NCBI GenBank assembly: GCA_001643675.2
Contig: LSRY02000069.1
Location: forward strand, 169,227 to 233,226
Length of the DNA: 64,000 nucleotides
Direction: 5' to 3'
Origin: Monocercomonoides exilis PA203
Lineage: Eukaryota > Protista > Preaxostyla
The notes beneath the pieces were generated by a model. That model worked only from the letters and a program-made list of their open reading frames with translations, did not search any database and was not told where the DNA came from. A program made the position numbers and the translations under genes. Below, one piece after another: positions 53,289 through 64,000 of this stretch (its first letter is position 1; each line of letters starts with the position of its first letter).

Positions 53289-56238
53289 TTGGGGCTTGAA
53301 ACTGCTGAGCAAATCAATGCAAAATTCGAAGACGATATTGTGAATATTTTTTTGTCAGAACTGATAAACAAGAAATGTCATTATTCAAGGTTAAAAAACA
53401 GGAGAACAGAAGAAGTTCAAATCAGAATAAACGATACAAATATTTCTCTCATCAGTGATCCTCATTCGGATGCGTTGAACAGAATATTTTCAATGATATC
53501 TGGAGAAACAACACTTGAGACATTGGAAATGGAAGGATTCCGCCTTGCAGAAAAGGAAAATGCATCATCAGCCACAACACTTCCTGGAAAGACAAACCTG
53601 TTTGCTCCGCTGTAGTATTCAACAAACAACATACTGCAAAACGACAAGATGGGGGCTGATGCAGACAACTCTGAACATTCCGAGAAAATTGGCAATGCCG
53701 AACATGAAAAAATGCCTCCACATATCTGGAATTAGTTATCAAGAAGCCGTGCTTTTCTGAAGAAAACGATATAAGTTGTGGATTCCTTGCGGAGCGTCAC
53801 ATAATTTGTGGAAGAGCTCAACCGACGTTTTATTTTTTCGATCTTCTGTTCAAATCCAATCCTGTTTAAGTGTGTGACGAGCAGAGTTGGCGGTGCGCTC
53901 ATCCACTCATCATCGTTACCTGCCCAATTTGCACGTTTCACAACTGTACAAGTCGCTATTTCTTAAACAGGGAGAAGGAAGTGATGGTGCTTCACATTCA
54001 CACCATTCATCTGGGTTTAATGGTGGGGCAGGATGGAATGATGAAAGAAGGGAAATATCAGTATTTGTAAAGCAGTCACGTCAAAGATTATCAATTCGGC
54101 TGGGAGGCTCAAAACTCCTGCAATTCTTTCCTTTTAAAAATCATTTTATATTCAGTGGATGAGACATGCCTCATCAACGCAAACAACAGAAAAGCTTTCT
54201 TTGATTGGCTCTCCTCCGAACAGCACATCTCTGTCGCTGAGTACACCACCAAATCCATTGGAGCATATTTCCCATCATCAGATTTCGCACAAGAACCAGT
54301 TTTCCTTCTCTCAAAACAGACAATCAACGTTTGCCTCGCTCTTTTCTGACCAATACGTCATCGAAACAGGCTATGCACCATCAACTTGAGCATTTTCGTT
54401 TACGACTTTTGCTTTTTACACTGTCATTCAGTCTGCAGCTCCAATGTTTTTTCAGTCGACTGGACAGCAGATACCATTTCACCGATCGGCTTCTCTTTCT
54501 GTGTTTTTTTCATTAACAACATCACGAAGCACAACAGCCTCGTTTTTTCGCCAGTCCTTTGGGCATTCTCGAAACGGCTCCTTCTCTATCCGTGCATGTG
54601 GCAGGTTCAACCACAGATCGTTTTCATCTGTCAGCTCGCATCAGCCTGTTCGTGCATTGACACACGAGCAGAATACTATTTTCTTTTTAAAGAACAAGCA
54701 GCTCAAGTTTGACGTGGTGGAGTTACGAGTAACACCCGATCCAACATCTCCTCTTCAGTCCGTTCCAGATGACCAGCCATATGTGTGCAGCTTTTGCGAA
54801 ATGCGGTTTGTGTTAGTTGTGTCGCTTCCAACACACATCCACCAGGCATACTCGAAGATGGACATGACGGAGCTGATAAAGCAGCTTTTCGAAGCGGAGA
54901 GAGAGTATCTGCTCAGAGGAATAAAGAAGATAACAATGTTGGAGAAGTTGCTGCACATTGTTTTGCACATCTTCAGTTCGTATGAACTGTCTACGCTGAA
55001 GTCAACAGAAAACATCCATTCTCAACAAGTGATCTAACAACAGCAAAGACAACAACAACAATTCAGTTCATTTGGAGCAAGCGCATCTGCGTCACAGCCT
55101 TATTCCCTCGATTTGCTGACTGAGAAGAAGATTCCATTTTGTTTCAGAGGAGATGCGAAGAAGCGTTAAGGAGATGAAATTAGCCTAATCGAATTCAACA
55201 GAATGGGCGGTGGTCTTTCACATTCTGGTGGCTCAACGTCTTCAATTGCAACAGTCTCATCAGGGTCAATAACAGTTTTTTCAACCAACACGTACACCTC
55301 TGCCTTTGTTGACTCTGTTTCCTCATCTTCAACTTCTGAGCTCTAAAACTATAGATATTCTCCATTATCTACTGAATCTTCTCTGCCTTCCTCAATTATG
55401 ACATTCATGCAACCTTCTTCTTTATCATATTCAACTTCTTCTATGAGTGAATATGGACCAGTGTCACACAACAGCATTTTCCGCTCAATCGGAGCAATTT
55501 CGCGGAAAGTGCTTTCACTCGACAAGATTTCAATGGGAATTGCGCGATCAGGTTCTGTTCTGATCCAACCGCCACCCGAGCCGCTGATTGCAAACCTTGT
55601 CACTTTATTTTTATACGTCGTTAGTCAGCTCGTCAGTTGTGCTTTCGTTCACCTCTGTCATTCTTGAGTTCTTTGTTCAGCTTTTGTAGTGGCGGACCGC
55701 CTTTGCGAATCGACTTGATGCTGAACTTTGTTATCTGATAATAATAATTGTTGAATCGCTGACTTAGACGATTCAAAGCGTGGATGTTTCATCGGAAAAA
55801 ATCGATAAAATGCGTAGACTTTCATCTGAGTTTTCAGACTTTCTCGGCAGAAGAATCGATTTTCAGATAAAGTTTAATGATGTGAACGAAGAGATCACTC
55901 AGCTTGTGAAATATCGACCAGAAGGCAACGAGAAGATTTTGTCACTTCTGAATGAGTCGACGGAATCGGACAGCGCTTTGGAGAAGACTCATGCAGAATT
56001 TTTGGTAGAGCTGGAAACGAAGAAGAGTCAGCTTGTGGAATATCTCTTGCACAACCAAGAGGAATTTGTGTCCGGTCTATCAGTTTTGGTGGAAGGTGCG
56101 TCTTCGGCTCTTGCTCTGCTGAATGATCCAGAGAGAGACACAGATATGCAGACAGAGACTGCCCAGCGTTATTTTGACCATGTGAAGGAGAAGAAAGCAA
56201 AGCAGCGGGAGCTCAACAGGGATGAGGTGCTTTTGTGA
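53289..56238 (+). pseudogene. Degraded hypothetical gene(s) with Cys/His motifs and a C-terminal helical ORF
   Basis: Chain of + ORFs including CPICTFHNC, a C2H2-like YVCSFCEMRF...LPTHIHQ, and ORF 55780-56238. Many stops. Confidence 0.3.
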
Positions 56239-57499
56239 TGAAATTGAAAACTTTTCGACAATTGAACGATTTGGATGGGGAATCACATTATGAACGAAAC
56301 CTGTTTGTTCTCATTGATGATAAATGAAGGTTTGCAACGAAAAAATGAGATGATCCTGTTGTGAAAAAAAAAACTTGTCAGAGGAGAAAGAGCCTAAAAA
56401 CAATCTTCTCATCATCAAGCAATAATTAAATGCAAACTATTAATGTCCATCACAGTGTGCTCTTTTTGAAAAGTTATTTATTCTCGATGAGCCTGAATTA
56501 TCAAATTGATTCTCAAGACTCTTTTGTCGTAAATATTTCTCTCTCCACCCCTCCTTCCTATTAAAAAAAAATTTAAAAACAAAAAAAATTTTTTTGAGTG
56601 ATATTAAAATATCTGTTTTTAATAATATAATTGAACTTTTTGAAAGAAAATTCCAATACCATCATCATTTTACCAAATCTTTCTTCAGATATTAAGATAT
56701 TGGTAATAATTTTTTTTAGATTATTTGTTTTATTTTGTCATAAAGTTTTCAATAAGAAAGGCTAGCTTTCATTTTTTTAAGATGCAATGGTAAATACCAC
56801 ATTAATCAAGAAATTTCATTTCATTTCCAATAAAAATGCAAGTGGAATCTATTTCAAAATAGGAGTGAAGTGAAGAAAATGTGAACAAAAAATTGTCATA
56901 TAAAAATATCGTTTTTAATCGAAAAATATTTTTTGCACGATATTATGCCAATTAAGAGACCAATATCAATAAACTGAATATATTTTCATAATTGTACTTG
57001 TTAAAGAAACGATTGTCACAATATGTTTTAGAATTATTCTCAAAAACAAAAACACATCATTTAACATATTCTAACAAATAACATTTTAATGAATATTATC
57101 AATAAAAATCTCTATTAACAAAATCAAAATTTGAAGATATGAAAACAAAGTTTTTTTTTAGAAATTCTTCAACAACCCATTTTTGATTATTCTCAATGTG
57201 AGTTGTTCATAAGTTTAAGATTTTGGAATGAAGTTCACAACTGAAGAGTTATTTTGATATTTCGTTTACACAATTATAAAAGTTTTCAAATGCTAATGCG
57301 AAAAAATGCTATCCGGATTTTTATTAACAACTTTTTTAAATTACATTGTTTAACAAAATTTTCTGCAAGATTTTTCGAAAGAATAATTTTGAAAACGTGT
57401 GGATTGATTTTTTTATTGTCATGATTAACATTGATTTTTTGTGAATAAAGAAAGATTATCCAAAAGTTTTCTTTATTTACATCATCTTTTTCAGATTTG

Positions 57500-58742
57500 T
57501 TTCAATATTTCATAGTGAACAAACTGTCATTTGTTGTGCTATCCTACACAACTTCAACAGTCCTGACACTTCTCTTTATGCATTCAACGCTTCTTTTAAC
57601 TATCAAACACGATTTTTATCAAATTGTCTTGTAAAATATAATGGATCTGAATCTCACAGAGAGAAATTAAGTAGATTATCCTTTTCTGATTTGAATAGAA
57701 ATCTCTTCGAATGGTGCGAATGGAACGATTCAACTGGTGGTAGTGATCATAGTGGTGCACTTTATGTTTCTTGTACAAATGCCAATCTCACAATCATTTC
57801 TTTTTAATTCAATAATTGGTTAACCGAAGATCATGGAGGAGCGTTGTGCTGAAATTGTTTGTTGAATATTGATATGATAAAATCCAATATTTCAAATTAT
57901 TTGCTGCTCATGGAGGAGCAGTCCATACTACAAATCCACAGCAAAATTCTGCTTATTACCATTCAGAAAACAAAGTCGAAAATTGTTCTATCACAAATTG
58001 GTGTGGAACTGGTTTGTATTTTTATATTGGTGCTTTTCCATCAAACAGTCAATTCCTGTTAACAAAATGCCAGTATATTTCAAATTCTGGTGGTAATTCT
58101 GCTGGTTCTCTCACATTTCCAAGTCCACCAGGAAACGATCCAAATCAATTTTTTGTTTATGAGTACAAATTCATAAACAACAAATTGACAAGTTCAACAT
58201 CAACTCTTGGTGGGGCAGGTATTTATTTGTACGTCACTTATTCCTGGATGAGCGGAAATAAATTCATCACATTCTGTTTCTTTGATGGCAACGCTGCAGC
58301 CAATGGCAGAGGGAATGATGTGTTCTTCAGTGGCAGCAGCATTACTCAATCTCCATTCGAGAATTGTGGTTCAACAACACCAACTAAAAGAGTGTGGAAT
58401 GCAGGAACTGCAGATAGCGATGTGTACAATGGCTGGCTCCCCCTCATCTCCCAGAACAAAATAGTCTCAAATGGTGGAAGTGATGTCGATGCCTGTGGCA
58501 GACACCAACATGCCCCATGTGCCACCATCGAGCATGCCCTCACCAGCTTCATTTCCCTCCTGCATGACGCCTTCCTCACATTTCTCACCTCAACGTTTGT
58601 TCCTCTTCAAACACCAACCTTCCGTTCCACAAATGCGAAAATCACAGTAAACGGAAAAATTACTCAATTGCAACCAGTGCAACAAAATGACAACATTTTC
58701 AATCATCATGTTAATTTATTTCTTATCCATCATCGCACATAA
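57500..58742 (+). pseudogene. Adhesin-like/beta-helix surface protein family fragment
   Basis: GGAGIYL, FCFFDGNAAANGRGNDVFF, G.D...CG...PCATIEHAL motifs of polymorphic beta-helix repeat proteins. The upstream part is frameshifted. Confidence 0.55.
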
Positions 58743-59187
58743 CCTCTTCACTCAAACGAAAAAAATGTATTATATGTTCAGTATTTAATTATTAAAGATA
58801 TTTTCATAAATATTTTATGTTATATTTAAATGATTGAACAATTTTACACATGAAATACAACAGACATTTTTTCATAACTTAAAAACCAAATTCAATGCAT
58901 TTGTTATTCATCAATAAAACGACAACCTGCAGACTAGCATTTTTATGTTGTTTTGTTTTTATCAATTCGTTTCCAGCTGTTATATTAATTCGTTTGATAA
59001 AGATAAAAAAACCTTTTTCACAAATAACTTTTCTCTCAAATAATTAATTTATTACCAAACAGAATTTTTGAGAATAAAATTAACATCAACATATGCTAAT
59101 AATTTTTCATGTGCAATTAATTAACATTATAAATTGAAAATTAAAATTGAATAAAATTTAATATTTTCTTAATTTCAAATATGTCGA

Positions 59188-59495
59188 AAGATCATGGCGT
59201 TGTGGGCATTTCATTTTTTTGCTCGAAACAACATAAAATGATATTTAACAACTATCTGGTGTTGAAAAGTCCTCCTCCACTTTTGCCCAAAACGCACAAA
59301 TAATTTGGTTAACTTATGATCAAGAATTTTGAATGTTTTAAAATATATTAATAAGATCATGGGCGTTTTGGTCATTTTATTTTTGCTTAAAACAGCATAA
59401 AATGATATTTTCAGCTTGTAAAGTACAGAAAAAGTGACTTTCAATGTTGACCAAAATGCACAAATAATTTGGTTTTATTATGATCATTAATTTTG
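59188..59495 (+). repeat. Two tandem terminus-like units (59188-59335 diverged; 59353-59495 near-identical to 48912-49055) upstream of transposase copy 3
   Basis: aagatcatgggcgttttggtcattttat...aaagtacagaaaaagtgactttcaatgttgaccaaaatgcacaaataatttgg occurs at both 48912 and 59353. Confidence 0.85.
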
Positions 59496-59777
59496 GGAAT
59501 GTGATATTTGTTTGAATATTATTCATTTAATTTGTGAATATTATTGCTTTAATAATGCTTACAAGTCATCAGATAATAGTTTTGTAATTTTTATCGTTCA
59601 ATATGAGGTTAAAAAAATTCTGAAACATATATTTCTTATTTGAGCAAAAATATTGATATTTGGTTTTGTTTATCGAAATTTCTATGTTGAAAATACAATT
59701 AAAACAATAAATGCAGAGCTGTGAAATTTTTATTAATTGATAATAATTCCATAATAAATTTGAAAAAAATCACAAAT

Positions 59778-62700
59778 ATGTCATTTTCTAAACAAGAGTC
59801 AACTCTAAATTCACGGTGCAACGTTCTATGGAAAGAAATACAACGCATCGGTGGAGATGACGTTGATTCATTGCTCGTCTATTTGTTTTACAACTACAGA
59901 AAATCATCTGCAGTTATCAATGATTTACTGAAATCCTTGAATGGTTTCGACTTCAAAATTTTTTGATTGATAATAACTTATATTTTTCTCTTGCAATATT
60001 GATTTTTAATCTATATTTGTTTTTTTGTTATTTAAAAAAAACTCAGAATACTACGAAATACTTCTTAAAGATCTCTCAGTTGTGTACAAGCACGCACAAT
60101 TGCACACGCAAACGATGATCCTTCAAGCACTAACGCGCAATGCATCATTATCTGAACTTCTGGACTATGGATTTGACATCACTGAAGGAAAGTATAATTA
60201 TGCAAAACAAACTCTCACAAAAAACCAAGGATTTTTAATACCGGCACAATTGCCTCACACACCATCGTGTAAAAGTGGTTTGTATTGTATTTTTCTATAA
60301 TTTCATTTTTAACTGTCTTTTTGTTTATTCATTTATTTAACTTTTTTGAGGTCTTAATGAACAAGATTGGGAAAAGGGCAACAATTGGATGTTGGCCCAT
60401 TCCACAGAGGCATCAACTTCACTGCAATCAGCCAAGAAAAACCAAAAAAGTTCCTGATTACGCACAGTTCATTGAGGAATCTGCATGGGATAATATTATC
60501 ATTACAGAAAAAAATAATTCTCACAATATACAATCTTCTCCATCAGAAAAATTATGCCAACAAAATAAAAAATCAAATATTATATCAGGAAAAAAATCTT
60601 CTCCATCTCATGCAGTTAACGATCCTATTAACACTCCACTTCGAGCTGAAAGATGGACTACAAAAATCAAACAAAATAATACACTTCATTACCGTCGAAC
60701 TTCTCCATCACCAATACCATTACATAAACTAGTTAAACAAAAATCACCCTTTTCATCATCTTCTTCTTCCTCTCCTTCTTCTTCTTCTTCTTCTTCCTCC
60801 TCCTCCTCCTCATCATCATCATCATCATCATCTTCTTCTTCTTCTTCTTCTTCTTCTTCCTTCTTCTTCTTCTTCTTCTTCTTCTTCTTCTTCTTCTTCT
60901 TCTTCTTCTTCTTCTTCTTCTTCTTCTTCTTCTTCTTCTTCTTCTTCTTCTTCTTCTTCTTCATCTTCATCATCATCATCTTCATCATCATCTTCATCTT
61001 CATCTTCTTCCTCTTCCTCTTCTTCCTTTTCGATCAAAGTGAAAAGAAAAGATACAATCAATACTTCTCCAGAAGACAAAGCAACTTCATCTTTTTGCAA
61101 CGAAAATATGTGGGTTAGCGGCCAACTTATGGAATATGTCACCTCACCCACTCTTATTCCTCCTCATACATTCCAAAATCTAGTCTCATCTTTCACAAAA
61201 GAGAGCAACATTTCAACACAACTATCAAATTCGAAATGCATGTCAAGCGACAATTCAACAAATATTGATTCATTTATTTCTTCTTCATCCAAATCAAAGG
61301 CTGTTGATTATAAATCCACACCTAATATTCCAATAAAAACAGTAAAAGGGTTAGCAAATCTTGGAAACACATGTTACTTGGCATCTCTTCTGCAATGCTG
61401 GTCCTCGATCTGCAGTTCAAAACCAACGATCTTCACAAAAACACATTCAAATAAGACATTATCTTCTCGAATGATGAGTATTTGCAATCAAATCCTCAAA
61501 GATGGAACAAAAGTGCATTCATGGATCCCATCAGTTGTTAGCAAATGGGAAGACTTTTGCGGATATGGAAGCAAACAGCAGCAGAATGTTTCAGAAGCTT
61601 TCGAAAATCTTCATAAATTGTTTGAAAAAGACGGATTATTAAAACAAGATAGTTTCAATCCAGTTATAATTTCACATATGAAATGCGTGAAATGTCAAAA
61701 ACTCACATCACATATCGACAACATCAACAATAGCATAATCATCAATTCTTCATCTACTCACAATGGTTTATCTTCTTTGTTTTCAACTGAAATACTGGAT
61801 GGAAAAAATAGTGTATATTGTGAAGAGTGCAAAGAAAAATGCTGTACTGCTTGTTGGGAGGAAATGATTTCATTTCCAGAAGTACTAGCCCTCTCCCATG
61901 AATGTGCTGATTCTGCTAGTTCTCCACCTTCTCGAACACTTCTTATCGAGACTGATATGTCGAATAAACGTTCATTTTGCAAAGGATTTGCAAATGAAAA
62001 TAAAACTTCATTTCACAACAAAAATAAAGAAACAACATTCTATCACTTAATTGGACAAATCCTTCATAAACAGTTTGATAATAGCAACGGTCATTACATA
62101 GCCGTTGTGGAAAGAAATAAAGGAATGAAAAAGATGTGGATCACCTGTAACGATGATGATATTGATGCATTTGACAGTGATAAATGGTCAAAGTCATGGA
62201 AAGATCTCTTTTCTCAGGGCTATATTCCTTCTTTATCATTCTACATGAAAGAGAAATCACAATCAACTCAACCAAGTGTCCAATTTGGTGGTTCCTCTTC
62301 TTCATCTTCCTCTTCACAATCCAAAAATATCAACAATTCGTCCACAGAAACAACTCCCCCGTCATCGTTCATCACACCACTGCATTGTTCAACTTCCATT
62401 CCTCAATTAACTTCATCAATCAGAACTGACTATGGATTAGAAGCACTTAAAGAAAAAAGAAAGAAAACGGGCATCTTTTCTCCCAACGAAAAGAGATTAA
62501 TCTTCAAGCCAAAGACGAAATTATGGAAAGAGTTTTCTGAAGAAACAAACATCAAAGTTTCTCTTTCTCACTTCTACAAACTCACCACCAATTTCTCCAA
62601 AGCGAAAAGACGAACGGATCTCTGCGGTATGTGTGAGAAGTTGAACTATCTGGAAAACAAATTGAAGTCATCGCAAAACAAAAATGGACTGTCTGAAGCA

Positions 62701-63726
62701 GAGTTTCATACACTTAAATTACTTCGACAACATCGTCTTGTTGCAGAAATGCAACGAAAACATTATCAATCAACTGTTGATAATCTGAAAGAGAGAAGCA
62801 GTCTTCGTCTTCGACTTCAAAGAGAAATGGAAACTCCCTATCAGAAAAATCAACTTCAACAAGAATTCTTTAATTACCAACAAGTTTCTCAATTCACAAT
62901 CATCTCTCTTCAAAAATTAATAATCAACAAATAAAAAGAACTTTCAACTTCTTCTCCGACTGCCTCTCAAATGATCACAGATTTGTTATTGAGTGTCTAG
63001 AATCTGTGATCAAAAGACACTTCTTCTCAGACACTCACACTTTTAAGTTCTTCTGCGATTCGGGTCCACACAACCGAAATCGCTTCCTCCTTCACTTCAT
63101 TCTCTCCAAACAATCCAAACTTCTCAAAAGAAAAATACCCAACTCAATTTCTTCGCTGAGCACCACGGAAAGAATATTTGTGATAGTGAATTTGGTGCAT
63201 TAGTTAATTCTATCGACAACAATCTTTCGACTGAACACATCACCACTTCATGACTTAATCAACTTCTTCGAAAGCAATATGAATGTTTCGACATCTGTTT
63301 CATCATCATCACAATTTAATGTTTTTGAATCATCCTCATCAAACAACTCCCCATCGTCATCATCTATCAAGGAGTGTGTGCATGAGAGGTACTTTGAAGA
63401 GTATGTACCATCTCAGCAAATTTCATGGCCTTCACTGTCAGTCCCTCACATGAAGGACTACTTATACTTTGAGCGCAAGGGCTCATTTGTCTGCGCATCT
63501 GCTGTTGGATATCTTCCTCAACGCTCTCTGGTTGCACTCGAATCTTCAACAATGAAAGAAAAGGTTCAACGTACAAGGAAGTCCATTTCACTCTGATATC
63601 ACATCATCTAACTCTTCTCTTCTTTCTCAATCTTCTCAAGATCTTCTTTCAAGAAGATTTGATCTTCTTCTTGACTCTTCATCTTTAAATGAATCTCAAA
63701 ATTGTATTAATGGTGTTCCTTTTTAA
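59778..63726 (+). pseudogene. USP-Sola2-like DDD transposase fusion, copy 3 (exons 59778-59943, 60047-60277, 60351-63726; several small frameshifts)
   Basis: Canonical Cys box GLANLGNTCYLASLLQCW, His box GHYIAVVE...TCNDDD, TDLCGMC, FFCDSGPHNRN. Indels fall mostly in homopolymers or repeats (~60440, ~60860, ~62790, ~62920, ~63130, ~63245, ~63585), so some may be sequencing errors. Confidence 0.85.
60752..61028. repeat. (TTC)n/(TCA)n microsatellite encoding the poly-Ser linker
   Basis: Directly visible. Confidence 0.9.
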
Positions 63727-63730
63727 GAAA

Positions 63731-63879
63731 CTAGTTGTTGTGTAATGCTCAGCTGGCACTCTATCGGAAGGGTGCTGGACATGACTGTTCGTATTAGATA
63801 TTGCAGCCTTCGGGCTGCTTTATCCGGACCTGGATACGACGAACAGCCTCCCAGGTGCACAACAGTTAGAATCCGATTG
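63731..63879 (+). ncRNA. Putative structured RNA, copy 3
   Basis: Differs from copy 1 only by a 1-nt insertion (tgtaatg) and caatcgga to ctatcgga, whereas the last codons of the ORF and the downstream DNA differ more. Confidence 0.7.
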
Positions 63880-64000
63880 TTTTCTTGTGCTTTTTGTCCC
63901 GATAATGTCCCTATTTTCATTTATAGTCCCGAATGCAAATTATAAACCTGAATAAGCCGAAATTCATTTTTTGATGGGTGTTGTGAAGAGTTTCAATGTG

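Noticed and set aside
57827-57837. AAGATCATGG match as another element end
   Set aside because: It lies in coding-like sequence (EDHGGA) and lacks the rest of the terminal unit, so it is probably a chance match.
59188-59495. CRISPR-like or tandem array
   Set aside because: Only two long diverged units without repeat-spacer periodicity, in a eukaryotic context.

Overview
AT-rich, intron-containing eukaryotic DNA, most likely an oxymonad such as Monocercomonoides. That call is inferred from a recognisable expanded gene family at 26.5-27.6 kb, Ser-rich ORFs and short GT-AG introns. The window is dominated by a family of DNA transposons. Three copies (about 9.0-13.1 kb +, 28.8-32.8 kb -, 59.8-63.9 kb +) encode one polypeptide: N-terminal helical domain, Ser-rich linker, ubiquitin-specific protease (USP/peptidase C19, catalytic Cys/His/Asp motifs retained), then a CxxC motif and a Sola2-like DDD transposase core. 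Immediately after the stop codon, each copy has a near-invariant, GC-rich ~150-nt segment that folds on the sense strand into a multi-stem structure with a C(UUCG)G tetraloop and two candidate pseudoknots. Three further diverged genes keep the same N-terminal domain, first-intron position and USP domain but lack the transposase core. Two of them lie between inverted repeats, one with a 4-bp TSD. Also present: an 8-bp-TSD, TIR-bounded non-autonomous element carrying a host gene-family fragment, a GGG-terminal MITE, a 596-bp palindrome, and mostly degraded host genes (importin-alpha-like ARM, RRM+SURP, CFAP61-like, adhesin-like). No rRNA, tRNA or CRISPR array was seen.
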